A DNA stretch of 62,900 nt, counting the filler, from Globobulimina sp. (Eukaryota): the NCBI GenBank assembly GCA_003354225.1. It is 24 parts of 24 records of this genome, joined end to end, with 100 filler letters (N's around TTAATTAATTAA, not from the genome) between each part and the next. Parts side by side here need not be neighbours in the genome. Positions count along the whole stretch, not along the records: positions 23,642 to 26,167 come from PIVH01006171.1; positions 26,268 to 28,793 come from PIVH01006172.1; positions 28,894 to 31,419 come from PIVH01006173.1; positions 31,520 to 34,045 come from PIVH01006174.1; positions 34,146 to 36,669 come from PIVH01006175.1; 19 more parts are not named here. One strand, written 5' to 3'. The translations under genes were made by a program, and so were the position numbers. Below, in pieces: positions 23,969 through 35,911 of the stretch (within the stretch, counting starts at the first letter, position 1; every line of letters starts with the position of its first letter). Under the pieces are notes generated by a model. It was not told the origin of the DNA and searched no databases. It saw only the letters and a list, made by a program, of their open reading frames with translations.

Positions 23969-26025
23969 TTGAATGAATGTGATGAATTGTCTGCAATATT
24001 TGTGGATGAATCGATGCATGAACAGCAAATCTCAATTACCCAATGTTTTCTTTCACAGTCATTTTTTATAAATAACACAATTATATTCAATTTCTGTGTT
24101 GATGACAGCAACAAAACCCATTGCTTCGATAGTAAAATTATTGATGGAATTATGACTGGACATCAATGTCTATCATCTATTAACAAACAAAATTGCAGCG
24201 ATAATGACCAGATATCAATAATTCCGTTTTCTGGCTGGAATCAATTTTTGTTTGATGGAAAATATTCATTACGATCACAATATAATGCACCAAGAGACTA
24301 CTTATTAAATATTGGACCATTAAATAAGGTAATAAATGGTGGTTTGACCTCGTTATGTCATTTAAGAATTGATTACAATCAAACCAATAAAAAATATATT
24401 GGTCGTTATAAAATATTTTATCAAATAAATTCAAAACAAGATGACAAAGGCGAACAATTAGAATATGATTTAAATATTATTTCGTGGAATGGGACTTATT
24501 TACAATTCATATTATACCCGCAACCAAATAATTTATCAATCATTCAAATGTTTGAACTCAATGTTAATTATATCGCATTATCAAATGGTACAACTTTATT
24601 ATCTCGCAATGTAACAGGAAAATATCACGATTCACGTTATAATTCTTCCAGGTTTGTTGTGTAAAAAAAGTGTTTTTCAATTGCTGCACCGAATCGATTA
24701 TATTTACATTCAGCTCAATACTGACTGGTGTTCGATGGAACATATTTTCGTTTGGATTACTAAACGAGGCAAACTCTACGAAATTCAACGACTGGCAAAA
24801 TAGGACAAGGCGGCAATTAAAATTTTTAATGATGTTTGGCAATCCGACATATAAATCAGTTACGTATAATATAAGCAAAGTAAATGTGAGTAACACCGCC
24901 TATGGATATCACAGAGATGATAATTACAAACAACACGCCCAAAGCTATAATATTTATGATATAACTTTGGATTTTGAGATACCAAGTTATTATGACACAA
25001 ATCAAGCATTACAACGGCGAGTTCATGGATATATATCGATACCTTTTAACAGTGCGGATACTGGCAACAAATTGCCATTTATAGTGGGCCTGAATGGCCA
25101 TGGCGGCAGTTCCTGGCAATTAATGTATCCGCCAAACAATGATAATATATATTGGTATGGCGATGCATTTGCGAGGAGAAACTATGTTGAATTTGCCATT
25201 GATATGTCACATAGGAATGTGACACCGTTATATGATGATCATTATTGCCAAGGCGATGATGCTGAGCATGCAAATGGTGCACATCCCGCAATAATTGCCC
25301 GTGGTTTTAATTTTAGTGATTGGGAAGAAGATGGCGAACGTGTTTGGGACGCATACCATGCAACAAAATGGTTTTTATCCTCAGACAGTGTTTTTTATAA
25401 TGTGAGTAAAAATATTGATAGACAGCGAATATATGTCACTGGCTTGAGTATGGGGGCTGAAGTTGCAACATTTTTAGGTGGACTGTTTGCAAATGATGTT
25501 ACTGCGGTTATAGCAGCAGGATTTTCACCAGATTTGGATGTGATGCGGTACCACGGAAATCATCCTTGTTGGCTGTGGACCAATTCTAATATCAGGGAAC
25601 ATATTGATACTGCAACGTTGCATGGCTTGATTGCACCAAATTTGTTAACTGTTATGAGTGGCGAAGGAGATATGACGTATTCACGCCATGAGCCACCATA
25701 TTCTGCGGACAAACAAGTGTTGCGACGAAGTAGAGCATATTCAGCAGTTAGCGCTGATAAAGCATTTGGTTTGAATATATTTCATTATTTACATTATGAT
25801 GTTCATAGATGGCATTGTGGTGACATTGATGATGATGAGTTAAATCAGACTCATCTTTATGTGCAAATACCAAATGATATACAACCAATGGATCAAAATA
25901 TGTATAATGATATAATATGGCAAAATTTGGCAAATGTTTCATCGGTGAAATGTCCAAATAATAACTCATATTTTAATGTCTTTGATTTGTTGCAATATTA
26001 TTCTGCAAATAAATATTTTTTGTGA
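23969..26025 (+). CDS. Alpha/beta-hydrolase (dienelactone hydrolase/acetylxylan esterase-like) with N-terminal extension; intron 24652-24713; start uncertain
   Basis: GLNGHGG, nucleophile elbow IYVTGLSMGAE and LIAPNLL. The intron joins ORFs 23969-24664 and 24670-26025 in frame. Confidence 0.8.
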
Positions 26026-27053
26026 CTGAACTGGATGTTTAAGCAATCAGCAATCAGCAATCGGCAAACATGGAACTTTGCATTGGTATTTAAACTAATC
26101 TGTTGCAATTACGGATACCTATGTAAGGACCGTAAGGTCTCAATCGATCCACTACACAAATTTAAAANNNNNNNNNNNNNNNNNNNNNNNNNNNNNNNNN
26201 NNNNNNNNNNNTTAATTAATTAANNNNNNNNNNNNNNNNNNNNNNNNNNNNNNNNNNNNNNNNNNNNTGTATAATTTTTGCTCCTTTTTGTATGTTTTTG
26301 TGTTTGTTGTTGTTTGTTGATAGAATGCATTATGTATACCCTTGTTGTCATGTTGATCGAGTGATTGGTTTTTGAAAAAAAGTGGAATTTGAAAAAAAAT
26401 TTAAAAAAACCGTTGACTAGTTTATAATTCTATCATTGTATTCTAAATGGATTGTTCAGAGGAAAGGAGAAAATATAGGGAACTTAAAAAAACAAAATTC
26501 AATGAAATTTGTCATTCAGTTATATTGAGGATTTTGTTAAAACTTATGGCTGAAATAATTATACATTTGTATTGGCAAATGGTGAACATATGGAATCAAT
26601 TGCAACATTAAATTTGTTAACCAAAACGTATTGGTTACACAATGTCATTCCGACCATATTTGACAAGACAAGACAAGAGAAGATGTTTTGGTGCAATGAG
26701 GGAGACAGTAATTCGACGAATTCAAAATAGATGGTACAAACTACAAATATATCTGTTTATTTTATAATGCATTGAAACAAAAAAGAAATTGAATGATAAT
26801 CAAGTGGAAAGTTAAAAAAACGATGCCAATTTTATTCTGTTTTGAACAATAAAAATGCATTAGAACTTAGTGTCAAAATAATAAAAAATATGGCACAAAA
26901 AAGTAAAAAAATAGCACTGATATCAAAATTATGAAAAAATGTGTGACAGAATATAAGATAAGATTATTGTAATTGTTCCTCTTTGGTTATGTGCTGTGTG
27001 AGGAGTGCCATGATTTTGTTTGGAAGTTTGTGGCCAGTTATTATTTGGCGAAC

Positions 27054-28607
27054 ATGTCAGAGTCAGACACATACATCGCGTCGATAGATGCAGGCACTTC
27101 CAGTGTCCGTGTTATATTATTCACTAAAAATGGAGAAATAGCATTCAGTGAACAGAAAGAATTGACGCTAGAAACACCCAAACCAGGCTGGGTGCAGCAA
27201 TGTGCCGATGAAATCTATAAAAACATCACACAATGTATGGAAAAATTATTATCCAAAAACAAAATCAACCAGAAACAAATTGTATCGGTCGGAATTACAA
27301 ATCAAAGGGAAACCACAATTCTTTGGGATTCAAATACAGGGAAACCAATAAGTAAAGCAATTGTATGGCAAGACACGCGAACATCACATATTGTAAATAC
27401 AATCAGCAGTCAATTAGGCTCGAAATATGCATTGCAATCAAAGTGTGGTTTGCCACTGTCGACATACTTCAGTGCCACCAAAATAAAATGGCTCTTCGAT
27501 AACAATGCAAATGCCTCAATCTTAGCAAATAAAAATCAGTTAAAATTTGGAACTGTCGATTCTTGGCTAATATGGAATTTGTTAGGCAACAAAACTCATT
27601 TAATTGATGTTACAAATGCTTCGCGAACCATGCTGATGAACTTAAATACATTAAACTGGGATCAATCGTTATGTCAAACATTCAATATTCCACCAAATAT
27701 ATTGCCCAAAATTGTGCCTTGTTCATTTAATTATGGTGTTATTGCAAATGGACCGTTTGCCGGCTTGCCGTTGACGGCATGCATTGGTGACCAACAGGCG
27801 GCTACGTTGGGTCAGTTATGTATAAATGAAGGGGATGTCAAAAATACCTATGGTACCGGTGCTTTTTTAATATTTAATACTGGAAATACACCGATTTACT
27901 CGCAACATGGATTGTTGACCACTGTATTATGGCAGTTTGACGATGAAAAGGACGCAACATTTGCGTTAGAAGGGTCTGTCGCTGTGGCTGGCCAAGCTGT
28001 GCAATTTCTGAGAGACAACCTTGGAATGATAGAAACAGCGAAAGAATGCAGCGATTTGGCGGAGCAATGCGTGGAAGAAAGTGGTGTATATTTTGTGACG
28101 GCATTTAGTGGATTATACAGTCCGTATTGGCGAACTGATGCCGTTGGGTTGATTTATGGATTGACTATGCATACTCAAAAGGAAAATATTTGCAAAGCAG
28201 CATTGGAAGCAACTTGTTATCGAACATGTGAAATTATTGAGGCCATGAAAGAGGATACAAAACAGTTTGGAATAAAATTTAATTCGTTAAAAGTCGATGG
28301 TGGAATGGCTGCAAGTGATGTTATGTTGCGATATCAAGCTGATTTATTACAGATTGCAGTAATTCGACCAGTTATGATTGAAACCACTGCTTTAGGAGCG
28401 GCCATTGCTTCTGGTTTGAAAGTTGGATTTTGGAAAAGTTTGGAAGAAGTAAAACTTTGTATTGGTGGTAAAAGCACAGAATTTAAACCATCAATCAAAG
28501 AGAGTCATGCATTGAGATTGAGAGATGGATGGAAAGATGCGATATCCCGATGTTTTAGGAATGATAATAGTGATAAAACGGACAAGGAAATGAAAGTAAA
28601 TGAGTGA
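27054..28607 (+). CDS. GK: Glycerol kinase
   Basis: IDAGTSSVR, GITNQRETT, AIVWQDTRT, YFSATKIKW, DVTNASRT, GDQQAA, KNTYGTG, VDGG and ETTALGAA. Confidence 0.97.
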   Translation: MSESDTYIASIDAGTSSVRVILFTKNGEIAFSEQKELTLETPKPGWVQQCADEIYKNITQCMEKLLSKNKINQKQIVSVGITNQRETTILWDSNTGKPISKAIVWQDTRTSHIVNTISSQLGSKYALQSKCGLPLSTYFSATKIKWLFDNNANASILANKNQLKFGTVDSWLIWNLLGNKTHLIDVTNASRTMLMNLNTLNWDQSLCQTFNIPPNILPKIVPCSFNYGVIANGPFAGLPLTACIGDQQAATLGQLCINEGDVKNTYGTGAFLIFNTGNTPIYSQHGLLTTVLWQFDDEKDATFALEGSVAVAGQAVQFLRDNLGMIETAKECSDLAEQCVEESGVYFVTAFSGLYSPYWRTDAVGLIYGLTMHTQKENICKAALEATCYRTCEIIEAMKEDTKQFGIKFNSLKVDGGMAASDVMLRYQADLLQIAVIRPVMIETTALGAAIASGLKVGFWKSLEEVKLCIGGKSTEFKPSIKESHALRLRDGWKDAISRCFRNDNSDKTDKEMKVNE

Positions 28608-29357
28608 TATAAGTATTGCGTTGAAACTTTTTTCTAGAGGTACTGCTAACGAACTATAAGAATTGATTTGATTAAAACTTTTAAAATTGATGCAATTGAC
28701 TTTTTAGGCTTAAACTTCTAAACACTTCTTTTGTGATTGGCAAGGTTTTTGGGTTAGCTAGAGTGGTTTTCAACTTTGAATACTAGGATTCGANNNNNNN
28801 NNNNNNNNNNNNNNNNNNNNNNNNNNNNNNNNNNNNNTTAATTAATTAANNNNNNNNNNNNNNNNNNNNNNNNNNNNNNNNNNNNNNNNNNNNATCCAGC
28901 CAATTCAATAAAATTATTTATCTCTCAGAATAATGAACAATTTGGTTCAAAAGGATGGGGTTTAAAGAAAATACATTATAAACATCCACAAAGAAAAGGT
29001 GAATGTTCTGAGACATTATCAATATATAAATTAAAATAAGTTTGTTAATTATTTATCATTTTTTTGTAAATAATGTATCAATTTTCTTTTGTGTTTTCTC
29101 TATTTTTGCATGATTTTGTTTATTTTTTATGTTTGCTTTTACCGTTTTTATTTCGTATTTTATCGGTTATCGTATAAATACCTCGATATGTGCGCCCTTT
29201 TGCATGTCTGTGTGATGACGTGTGTGTGAAAACCATTTTGATGCAACGTTTTCATATACAGTTAACACCAATCTTGAATTCAAAATCAGGGCAGTCACGA
29301 GAAAGGTCACTATTCTATGGAACAGTTTAGCTTTTCGTGTATGGAATGGATACGAGT

Positions 29358-30341
29358 TTAGAACATATGAGTGTCAAAGGAGAGTTTCTTTTGATTTAAC
29401 ATCACAATCAATAGATCAGCAGCAGCTTTCTGAAACACAGGATATAAAATCAAGCCACCGATAGGAAGAAAGAAACACAATGTCATAGCGCTTCCAAATC
29501 CAAATAATAACCATTGATAATTGTGTTTATCATTTTTCTCCATTTTATAGCTTACCTTACAAAAATATGGAGACAACAATTCTCGAGATAAGGCTTGCGA
29601 TGTCACATATAACTCACTCAAATATAATAAGATTTTAGCCATCCAGTTACTAAACAAAACAGTAAATGCTAAACCAATCAATGTTAATGTAATATTATTC
29701 AAATGATAATTCACTTTAAATATCTTCCTATTAAATACATGTTTATACATAGTTTTTTTTATATAAAAACAAATGATAAAAAAGCTAAACTTATACAGTT
29801 GATAAGCCAACATCGAGACCGATACACATATCCGAACGCCGGGAATTAATCGCAATATAAAGATAACAGTGGACACAACCAATAATTGCGCTATTCGTTT
29901 GCCTAAATGTTTCAGTGCGGTTAGTGTAGTTTGCTTAGTTTCAGCATTTAATAATCGGGAGCCAAATGAACCATTTTTATGCATTAGCTCGTTATCAAAA
30001 GGTGACGTTGGAAATAAACCCAATGAGCGTGAGATGAATAAAACGAATAACGGAATGTACCAAAATGCATCGAAAAATACACCAAAAAAGGTCATTGATA
30101 AACGTGTGTCCCGTAAAATGTTTGCTAATGATGACAATGAGAAAATTGTCATAAATAATTGTAAAATGTATAATAAGACACGAATGGGAATGGTGATCAT
30201 ATAAATCACGACGAGAGAGATTATGATGCCAATTAATAATGATTTGACTCTCTTTTCTTGAAATATCGTTGATCCAGAAGACAACACTTGAAACACTATT
30301 ATTCCAAATCCTTGTTGGAATGCACCAACACCGCCGGACAT
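29358..30341 (-). CDS. Multi-pass membrane protein (EI24-like); probable in-frame 63-nt intron 29790-29728
   Basis: Several TM helices; SRELLSPYF and LLFGFG..LPIGG..FQKAAA resemble EI24/CysZ-like proteins. Confidence 0.55.
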   Translation of the reverse strand: MSGGVGAFQQGFGIIVFQVLSSGSTIFQEKRVKSLLIGIIISLVVIYMITIPIRVLLYILQLFMTIFSLSSLANILRDTRLSMTFFGVFFDAFWYIPLFVLFISRSLGLFPTSPFDNELMHKNGSFGSRLLNAETKQTTLTALKHLGKRIAQLLVVSTVIFILRLIPGVRICVSVSMLAYQLYKFSFFIICFYIKKTMYKHVFNRKIFKVNYHLNNITLTLIGLAFTVLFSNWMAKILLYLSELYVTSQALSRELLSPYFCKVSYKMEKNDKHNYQWLLFGFGSAMTLCFFLPIGGLILYPVFQKAAADLLIVMLNQKKLSFDTHMF

Positions 30342-30395
30342 GTTTTAATAATTGTTTTTTTTTTGAGTTGTTTACAACAAAGCTAATTATTCATC

Positions 30396-31419
30396 ATGTC
30401 AGCTTCAACAGATAGCAAAACAAAACCAAACACACCTACTCCAACATCAGAAAACATATCATTTCTCTTAGAACTGTTTAAATATCGTAATATAGCATGG
30501 CGATATTTATTATGTTATTGCTTACCATTACAACAAAAAATATTAATCAAACAATTGCGTATTGCACATGACAGAACATCATCATTATCCGCACAGCGTA
30601 AACAATCTGTAGAAACACAAAAAAAATCAAACAAATCTAAAAATATATTTAATAATATCTCAAGTTTGTTTGACGACAGCGACGAACAAAAATATATGCA
30701 TAATTCTGATGAAAATGATGACGATATTCCTGATTTCTACCATTTACCACGTATCTCCTTAAATGAGTTGCAAACCTTATTCAAAGAAGGCAGGCAAAAA
30801 TACGAGTTATTGACAAAAATATATATCACTGAAAAGCAACAGGTACACTATATACCTGCGGGAAATCGTAAATCGATCAAAGTCAGTTTCAAACTGAAAT
30901 CCATCCTTGCACTGTTCCACATATATCAAAAACAAAAAATTCAGTTTGAAACTGACCGCACAAAATCAGTTTGAAACTGAAAGCAGGAAAATTAAATTTA
31001 CGATTTTCTGCCATATGTCAGGCGATACGCAATGAGATGATGCGAGCGACAGCGCCTCCATCAGAACAGTACAATGACCCCAGTTTACGCACTCGCAGCC
31101 ATACAATAACTCAGTTGATACAGAGAGAGGACTCAAAGTGCACCAAAATCTTTACACGCATTGATTTGATCAAAGATGACTGGAAAGCACAGGAAAAAAT
31201 GAATAAATTGGTGCAATTAAGGAGTGCGCCACCAACCTATTCACCGCCTAAACCGCCTAAACCGCCACCATTTATATCGCAACCGCAGCATAGACATAAT
31301 TTCCATGCCAATAAGAAGAAAAATGCCAAAAGGAAACCCAAAAAAATTGACGGGAACAAGTTAAAAATAAAACATATATCAAATACTGGGGAAAAAAAAA
31401 AAAAAAAGAAAAACGCATC
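30396..31419 (+). CDS. Hypothetical protein; intron 30843-31021; 3'-truncated
   Basis: CAG|GTACAC...TGTCAG|GCG joins the two ORFs in frame (EKQQ|AIRNEM). Confidence 0.7.
30883..30980. repeat. Three copies of palindrome TCAGTTT(G/C)AAACTGA inside an intron
   Basis: Copies at 30883-30897, 30941-30955 and 30966-30980. Confidence 0.95.
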
Positions 31420-31519
31420 NNNNNNNNNNNNNNNNNNNNNNNNNNNNNNNNNNNNNNNNNNNNTTAATTAATTAANNNNNNNNNNNNNNNNNNNNNNNNN
31501 NNNNNNNNNNNNNNNNNNN

Positions 31520-31880
31520 GGAAAAATTAAACAATAATTTTCTTGATATAAGCGCGAAATTATGGCATTGGACAAAATTTGTAACCCTTTTAATGAAATT
31601 GATATATAAATTAGATGCGGAGAATACAAATATATTATCATCCTTTTTAGCAAGTGGAGGAATACAAAATGAAATAAGTCAAGGATGGGAAGAACAAATT
31701 GAAGCATCAATGGTTTACGCATTAACTACGTGTTTAGCAAAATCCATTAAAGATAAAAAAATATCACAACATAACATTGGTAAATTAAAAGATATAAATA
31801 AATTAATAAGACATATTGAAATTGTATGTCATAGAATTGACAAAGGACAACGTTTTACCGAAAAGCCATCATTTGAATGA
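31520..31880 (+). CDS. BBS9: BBSome subunit BBS9/PTHB1, C-terminal fragment
   Basis: QGWEE..EAS...LTTCLAKS.KD...DINKLIRHIEIVCHRIDKG matches the PTHB1 C-terminus as recalled. Confidence 0.7.
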
Positions 31881-32340
31881 TAAATTCTATTTAACTTTGA
31901 TTTGGTTGATTATTTTTTTATTTTGCTTTTGTTCATCTCTCTCATTTGATAAACCATTTTTTTACATTATTATAACAAGATTTTTCAAAGGATCGAACAA
32001 AAACTCAATCTAGCGTCGATTTCAGGTAGCATCCTTGCGACATATTTTCACGAAGTCTGCGCCGTTTTGACAACATTTGTAATTATTTCAAGAAAAATTA
32101 AACCTAAAGTTTTTGCCGTTTGGTTTCATGAAATCAAAACATGAAATGGAAATATGTAATATTTTCCAAAATAAATTAAAACAAATCCGAAAGTAGTATT
32201 TCACAATCATATCCGTAATAAATTTATTTTGAAAACCATTTCAGGAATATATTCTTGTAAAATCTGCAGTAAGTTTCAAGTAAAAAAATCTTTAAATTTT
32301 CCATATATCCAACCTGAAATTGACGCTAACTCACTCAAAC

Positions 32341-33567
32341 ATGCATCGTGTACAAAAAATAGCAAATCAGTTAGCATTAAATACCGGCGAAGATGCATTA
32401 TTTAGCAAAACAACATCCGGATGTCCATCATCTCCCGCACCATACAACCGTCCCGCAAAGGTATTAGTAACCGGCGCCGCCGGCAATATTGCATATTCAA
32501 TATTATTTGGAATTGGACGCGGCAAATTATTAGGACCAAATCAGAAAATTGAATTATATCTCTTAGATATACCAATGATGGCGGATAAAATGAATGGAGT
32601 TGTGATGGAGTTAAAAGACTGTGCTTTCCCGTTATTCACCAATATCATAGCCACCACCGACTATAAAACTGCATTCACCAACATCGATGTTGCGCTATTA
32701 ATTGGTGCCAAACCAAGAGGAAAAGGCATGGTCAGAGCTGATTTACTCAAAGCAAATGCAAATATATTCAAAGGTATATACATATATTTTATGGAAATTT
32801 CTGACAAAATATAAACAAATACTGTACGCATCACATAACCAAAGGGCAAGGCCAAGCCATTGAGAAATACGCATCGCGCGACATTAAAATAGTAGTAGTT
32901 GGAAATCCGGCCAATACCAATTGTTTAATCACAATGAAGAACGCCCCATCAATCCCTCCATGCAATTTCAGTGCAATGACCCGATTAGGTATGCATTGGG
33001 AATATGACACATATGTTTTGCATGCAATTATTGTGCCACACAGATCAGAATCGCGCAGTGTCGCAGTTAGCGGATAAAATTGGATGTTCCGTGTCGAGTA
33101 TTAACAATGTGATAATATGGGGCAATCATTCAAAGACACAATATCCAGATATTTCCCATGGATACATTTCATGCCCGAGAGATGCAACAAAAGTGTTAAC
33201 ATCGATTCGTTCGGCGGTTAATGATGATTTTTATGTGGATAATACGTTTATTTCTACAGTGCAACAAAGGGGGAAAGCGATAATCGATGCACGTGGATTA
33301 TCATCGGCCGCGTCCGCAGCAAATGCATGCTTGGACCATGCAAGAGATTGGTTGTGCGGTACCGATGGACGTATTGTGTCAATGGCTGTCATTTCAAAAG
33401 GGAATCCGTACGGTATTGATGAGGACATTGTGTATTCGTTCCCCGTTACGTGTTCCAGCGGTAATTATAATATTGTTAAATTACCAGTTTCTATGAAATC
33501 ATATCAAAGAATGAAAAGGACTGAAAAGGAATTGTTGGATGAAAGAAAAATCGCTCTTCCAATTTAA
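32341..33567 (+). CDS. MDH: Malate dehydrogenase (cytosolic/MDH1 clade) with N-terminal PTS2-like presequence; introns 32774-32844 and 32989-33043
   Basis: [64 protein letters not shown] and SSAASAANA. Confidence 0.96.
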
Positions 33568-34260
33568 TTATATAATTATAAATATTTAGACTTGAATGGT
33601 GGGTCGACACCACACGTTTTTGTGAATACAAACTCAATATATAGTAAGTGTGCTGTATGTAGTAATCACGAGAAGAAATTCTAAAACTCCTAAATATGTT
33701 TCTAGCAACAGTACACTTTCAAAAACATGCAGGATCTGACACTGAATGTGTCTCTTGACGCATTCAAACACGTTGGATTTACAATTAATATTTATAAATG
33801 AACTTATAGTTAGTATTTTATATTATTGTCCACAGTGAAATTGTCCGATGTTTTTAGTGACAGCAGCCGGAGCTTGCACCTTCTCACCAAACAATTCATT
33901 GCATCCTCTGGTACAACTAGCAGGTAAATAAAATACGGATGAATCAAATGCATTTGCTGCAACATTGATATTCCACCATTGTAAGGTTGTGCCACCTCCA
34001 GCTTCTGCCACAGGATATGAATTATTTGAACATGCGTAATAAAAANNNNNNNNNNNNNNNNNNNNNNNNNNNNNNNNNNNNNNNNNNNNTTAATTAATTA
34101 ANNNNNNNNNNNNNNNNNNNNNNNNNNNNNNNNNNNNNNNNNNNNTTGTGTCTTGTTTTTTTTGGTTCAACGCATACAAAAAATTACGAAAGAAACGAAA
34201 AAAACGAAAAAAAAAAGAACAACAACAAACTTTACAAATTAAATTATAGTGAGTTCAGTG

Positions 34261-35911
34261 TCAGTCTCCAGAATCTGACTCGTCGGAATCATCTTCGTCA
34301 TCGGAAGAGTCGCCCGGATTATCACTTAATTCGCCATTCCTATATCTCTCTAACTGCGTGTATAGAAAATGAGCGTGGGCCTTATTCTTTATCCGAAACG
34401 CATCTTGCACCGCTTCAATGGTTTCACAATAATCAGATAAGATGGACCATGTAATTATTCCCTTGGATTCAAATGTATTGACATACGCCCTCATTACATT
34501 TTGTTTTTTTAACCATTCCCGAAATTGCATTGTTTCCTCATTAAATTTGCCAATAAATTTCACCAATAATTTGCCCTCCAACTTATTTTGTACTCCAATA
34601 GTTTCCTTTAAAAAGGGCACATCAAAATGTTCCACCATTCTTATATCATTGGCTCCCGCCGTCTTAAACCTCTCCAAATAGTGCGGCATCCCAATGGTCG
34701 CTAATAAGAAATTCTCGAATAAATCATGAATAGACGCCCCTGTACCCACTATCAAGCGACGTCGATTTCGACTCTGTTTCTCATCAGTCACAAATTTATC
34801 GATTTCATCTACTTTTTTCCTCTCAATCTCCAATTCGCCGCGCAATTTCTTTAGATCCTCTTTTAATGCATTCACTTCTTCATTGGATGCGGCATTCCCA
34901 ACAAATTGGACCTGTCCAGTTGACGATGGGTTTGGCGACGCCCCGCGCCGTCGGTTCATATTATTCATATTGGCCTGTTTTTCATCATCATGGCCGCCGC
35001 CGCCACCACCACCACCTGCGGTGCTCGCTTTTTTTTTTTTAGTTTTAGCCACTGTCGGTTTATTTAACTTTTTTAGAGCCATAGCATTTTTTTTCATAAT
35101 GCTTCTCATATTTTCCTTTTCAGTCTCAAGCGCAGCTTTTTTCTTTGGGTCGGCATCGGAGCAGGCCGCGAGCACTTTTTTCAAATGTTTTTTCTCTTTG
35201 TCTTTGCCCATAAATATGGCCACCGACGCCATGAAGCGGATGGCCTGCTTCTTTGTGTCATTGTTCCTGTTGTCAGTGTCCGTAATCGCAGAGTCCAACA
35301 CTTCGCCGGATTTTAATAATTTCTTCCATTCATCTTTGGCTTTGCTGGGGTTTGTTTCAGCGGCCTCCGACAAAAAGGACCAAAACGCGCCTTTAACGAT
35401 GGGATTGGCAGATTGCAACATTGTGGTAATTGCGCCGCTCCATCGGCCAACTTCGCCACATTTCGACCATAAAACGATTAAAACCGGCGTTACAAATCGA
35501 AACACCTTCTTTTCCACCCATTGCTTCATTAATGCTTCCGCTAATTTCGCATTCTTCTTCTCGTAAATGGTGGGATTCAAACCAGGCAATGATTTGGTTA
35601 ATATTTGCAACAATTTCACCCGCGTAAAGACGTGTTGTTCTATGTCCAACCATTGGATGAAATAATTCATTGCTTTCTCTGTTTTTTTGCCTCCTTTGAT
35701 TTTGGTGCCTTCCGCCAGTGGCTCTAATATGTCCCATACGTCGTTGCAACACGCAAACCGACCTTTCCATTTCTCTGCTTCTCCTGCGTTCGTAAACCAT
35801 TCCTCTGGTAGTTTACCGTATGGATCCCTATATAATATAATATAATATATGCGTATAGTGAGTGTATACATATGTGCATGATATATGTGTACAACTACTC
35901 AACTCAGACAT
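34261..35911 (-). CDS. Single TOG/HEAT-like domain plus coiled coil plus two C-terminal SAM-like domains; intron 35903-35828
   Basis: Spliced start MSE|DPYGKLPEEWF..EKWKGR resembles a TOG domain start, followed by HEAT-like helices. FLLATIGMPHYLERFKTAG and WLKKQNVMRAYVNTFESKGI are SAM-like. Confidence 0.65.

Noticed and set aside
20017-24014. Genes at 20041 and about 23825 whose hydrophobic N-termini lack an in-frame ATG (non-AUG starts?)
   Set aside because: Unseen upstream micro-exons, indels or later ATGs explain this equally well; it cannot be supported without transcripts.
26447-26792. Coding-like sequence upstream of glycerol kinase
   Set aside because: Broken by stops and frame changes with no recognisable family; at most a decayed gene.
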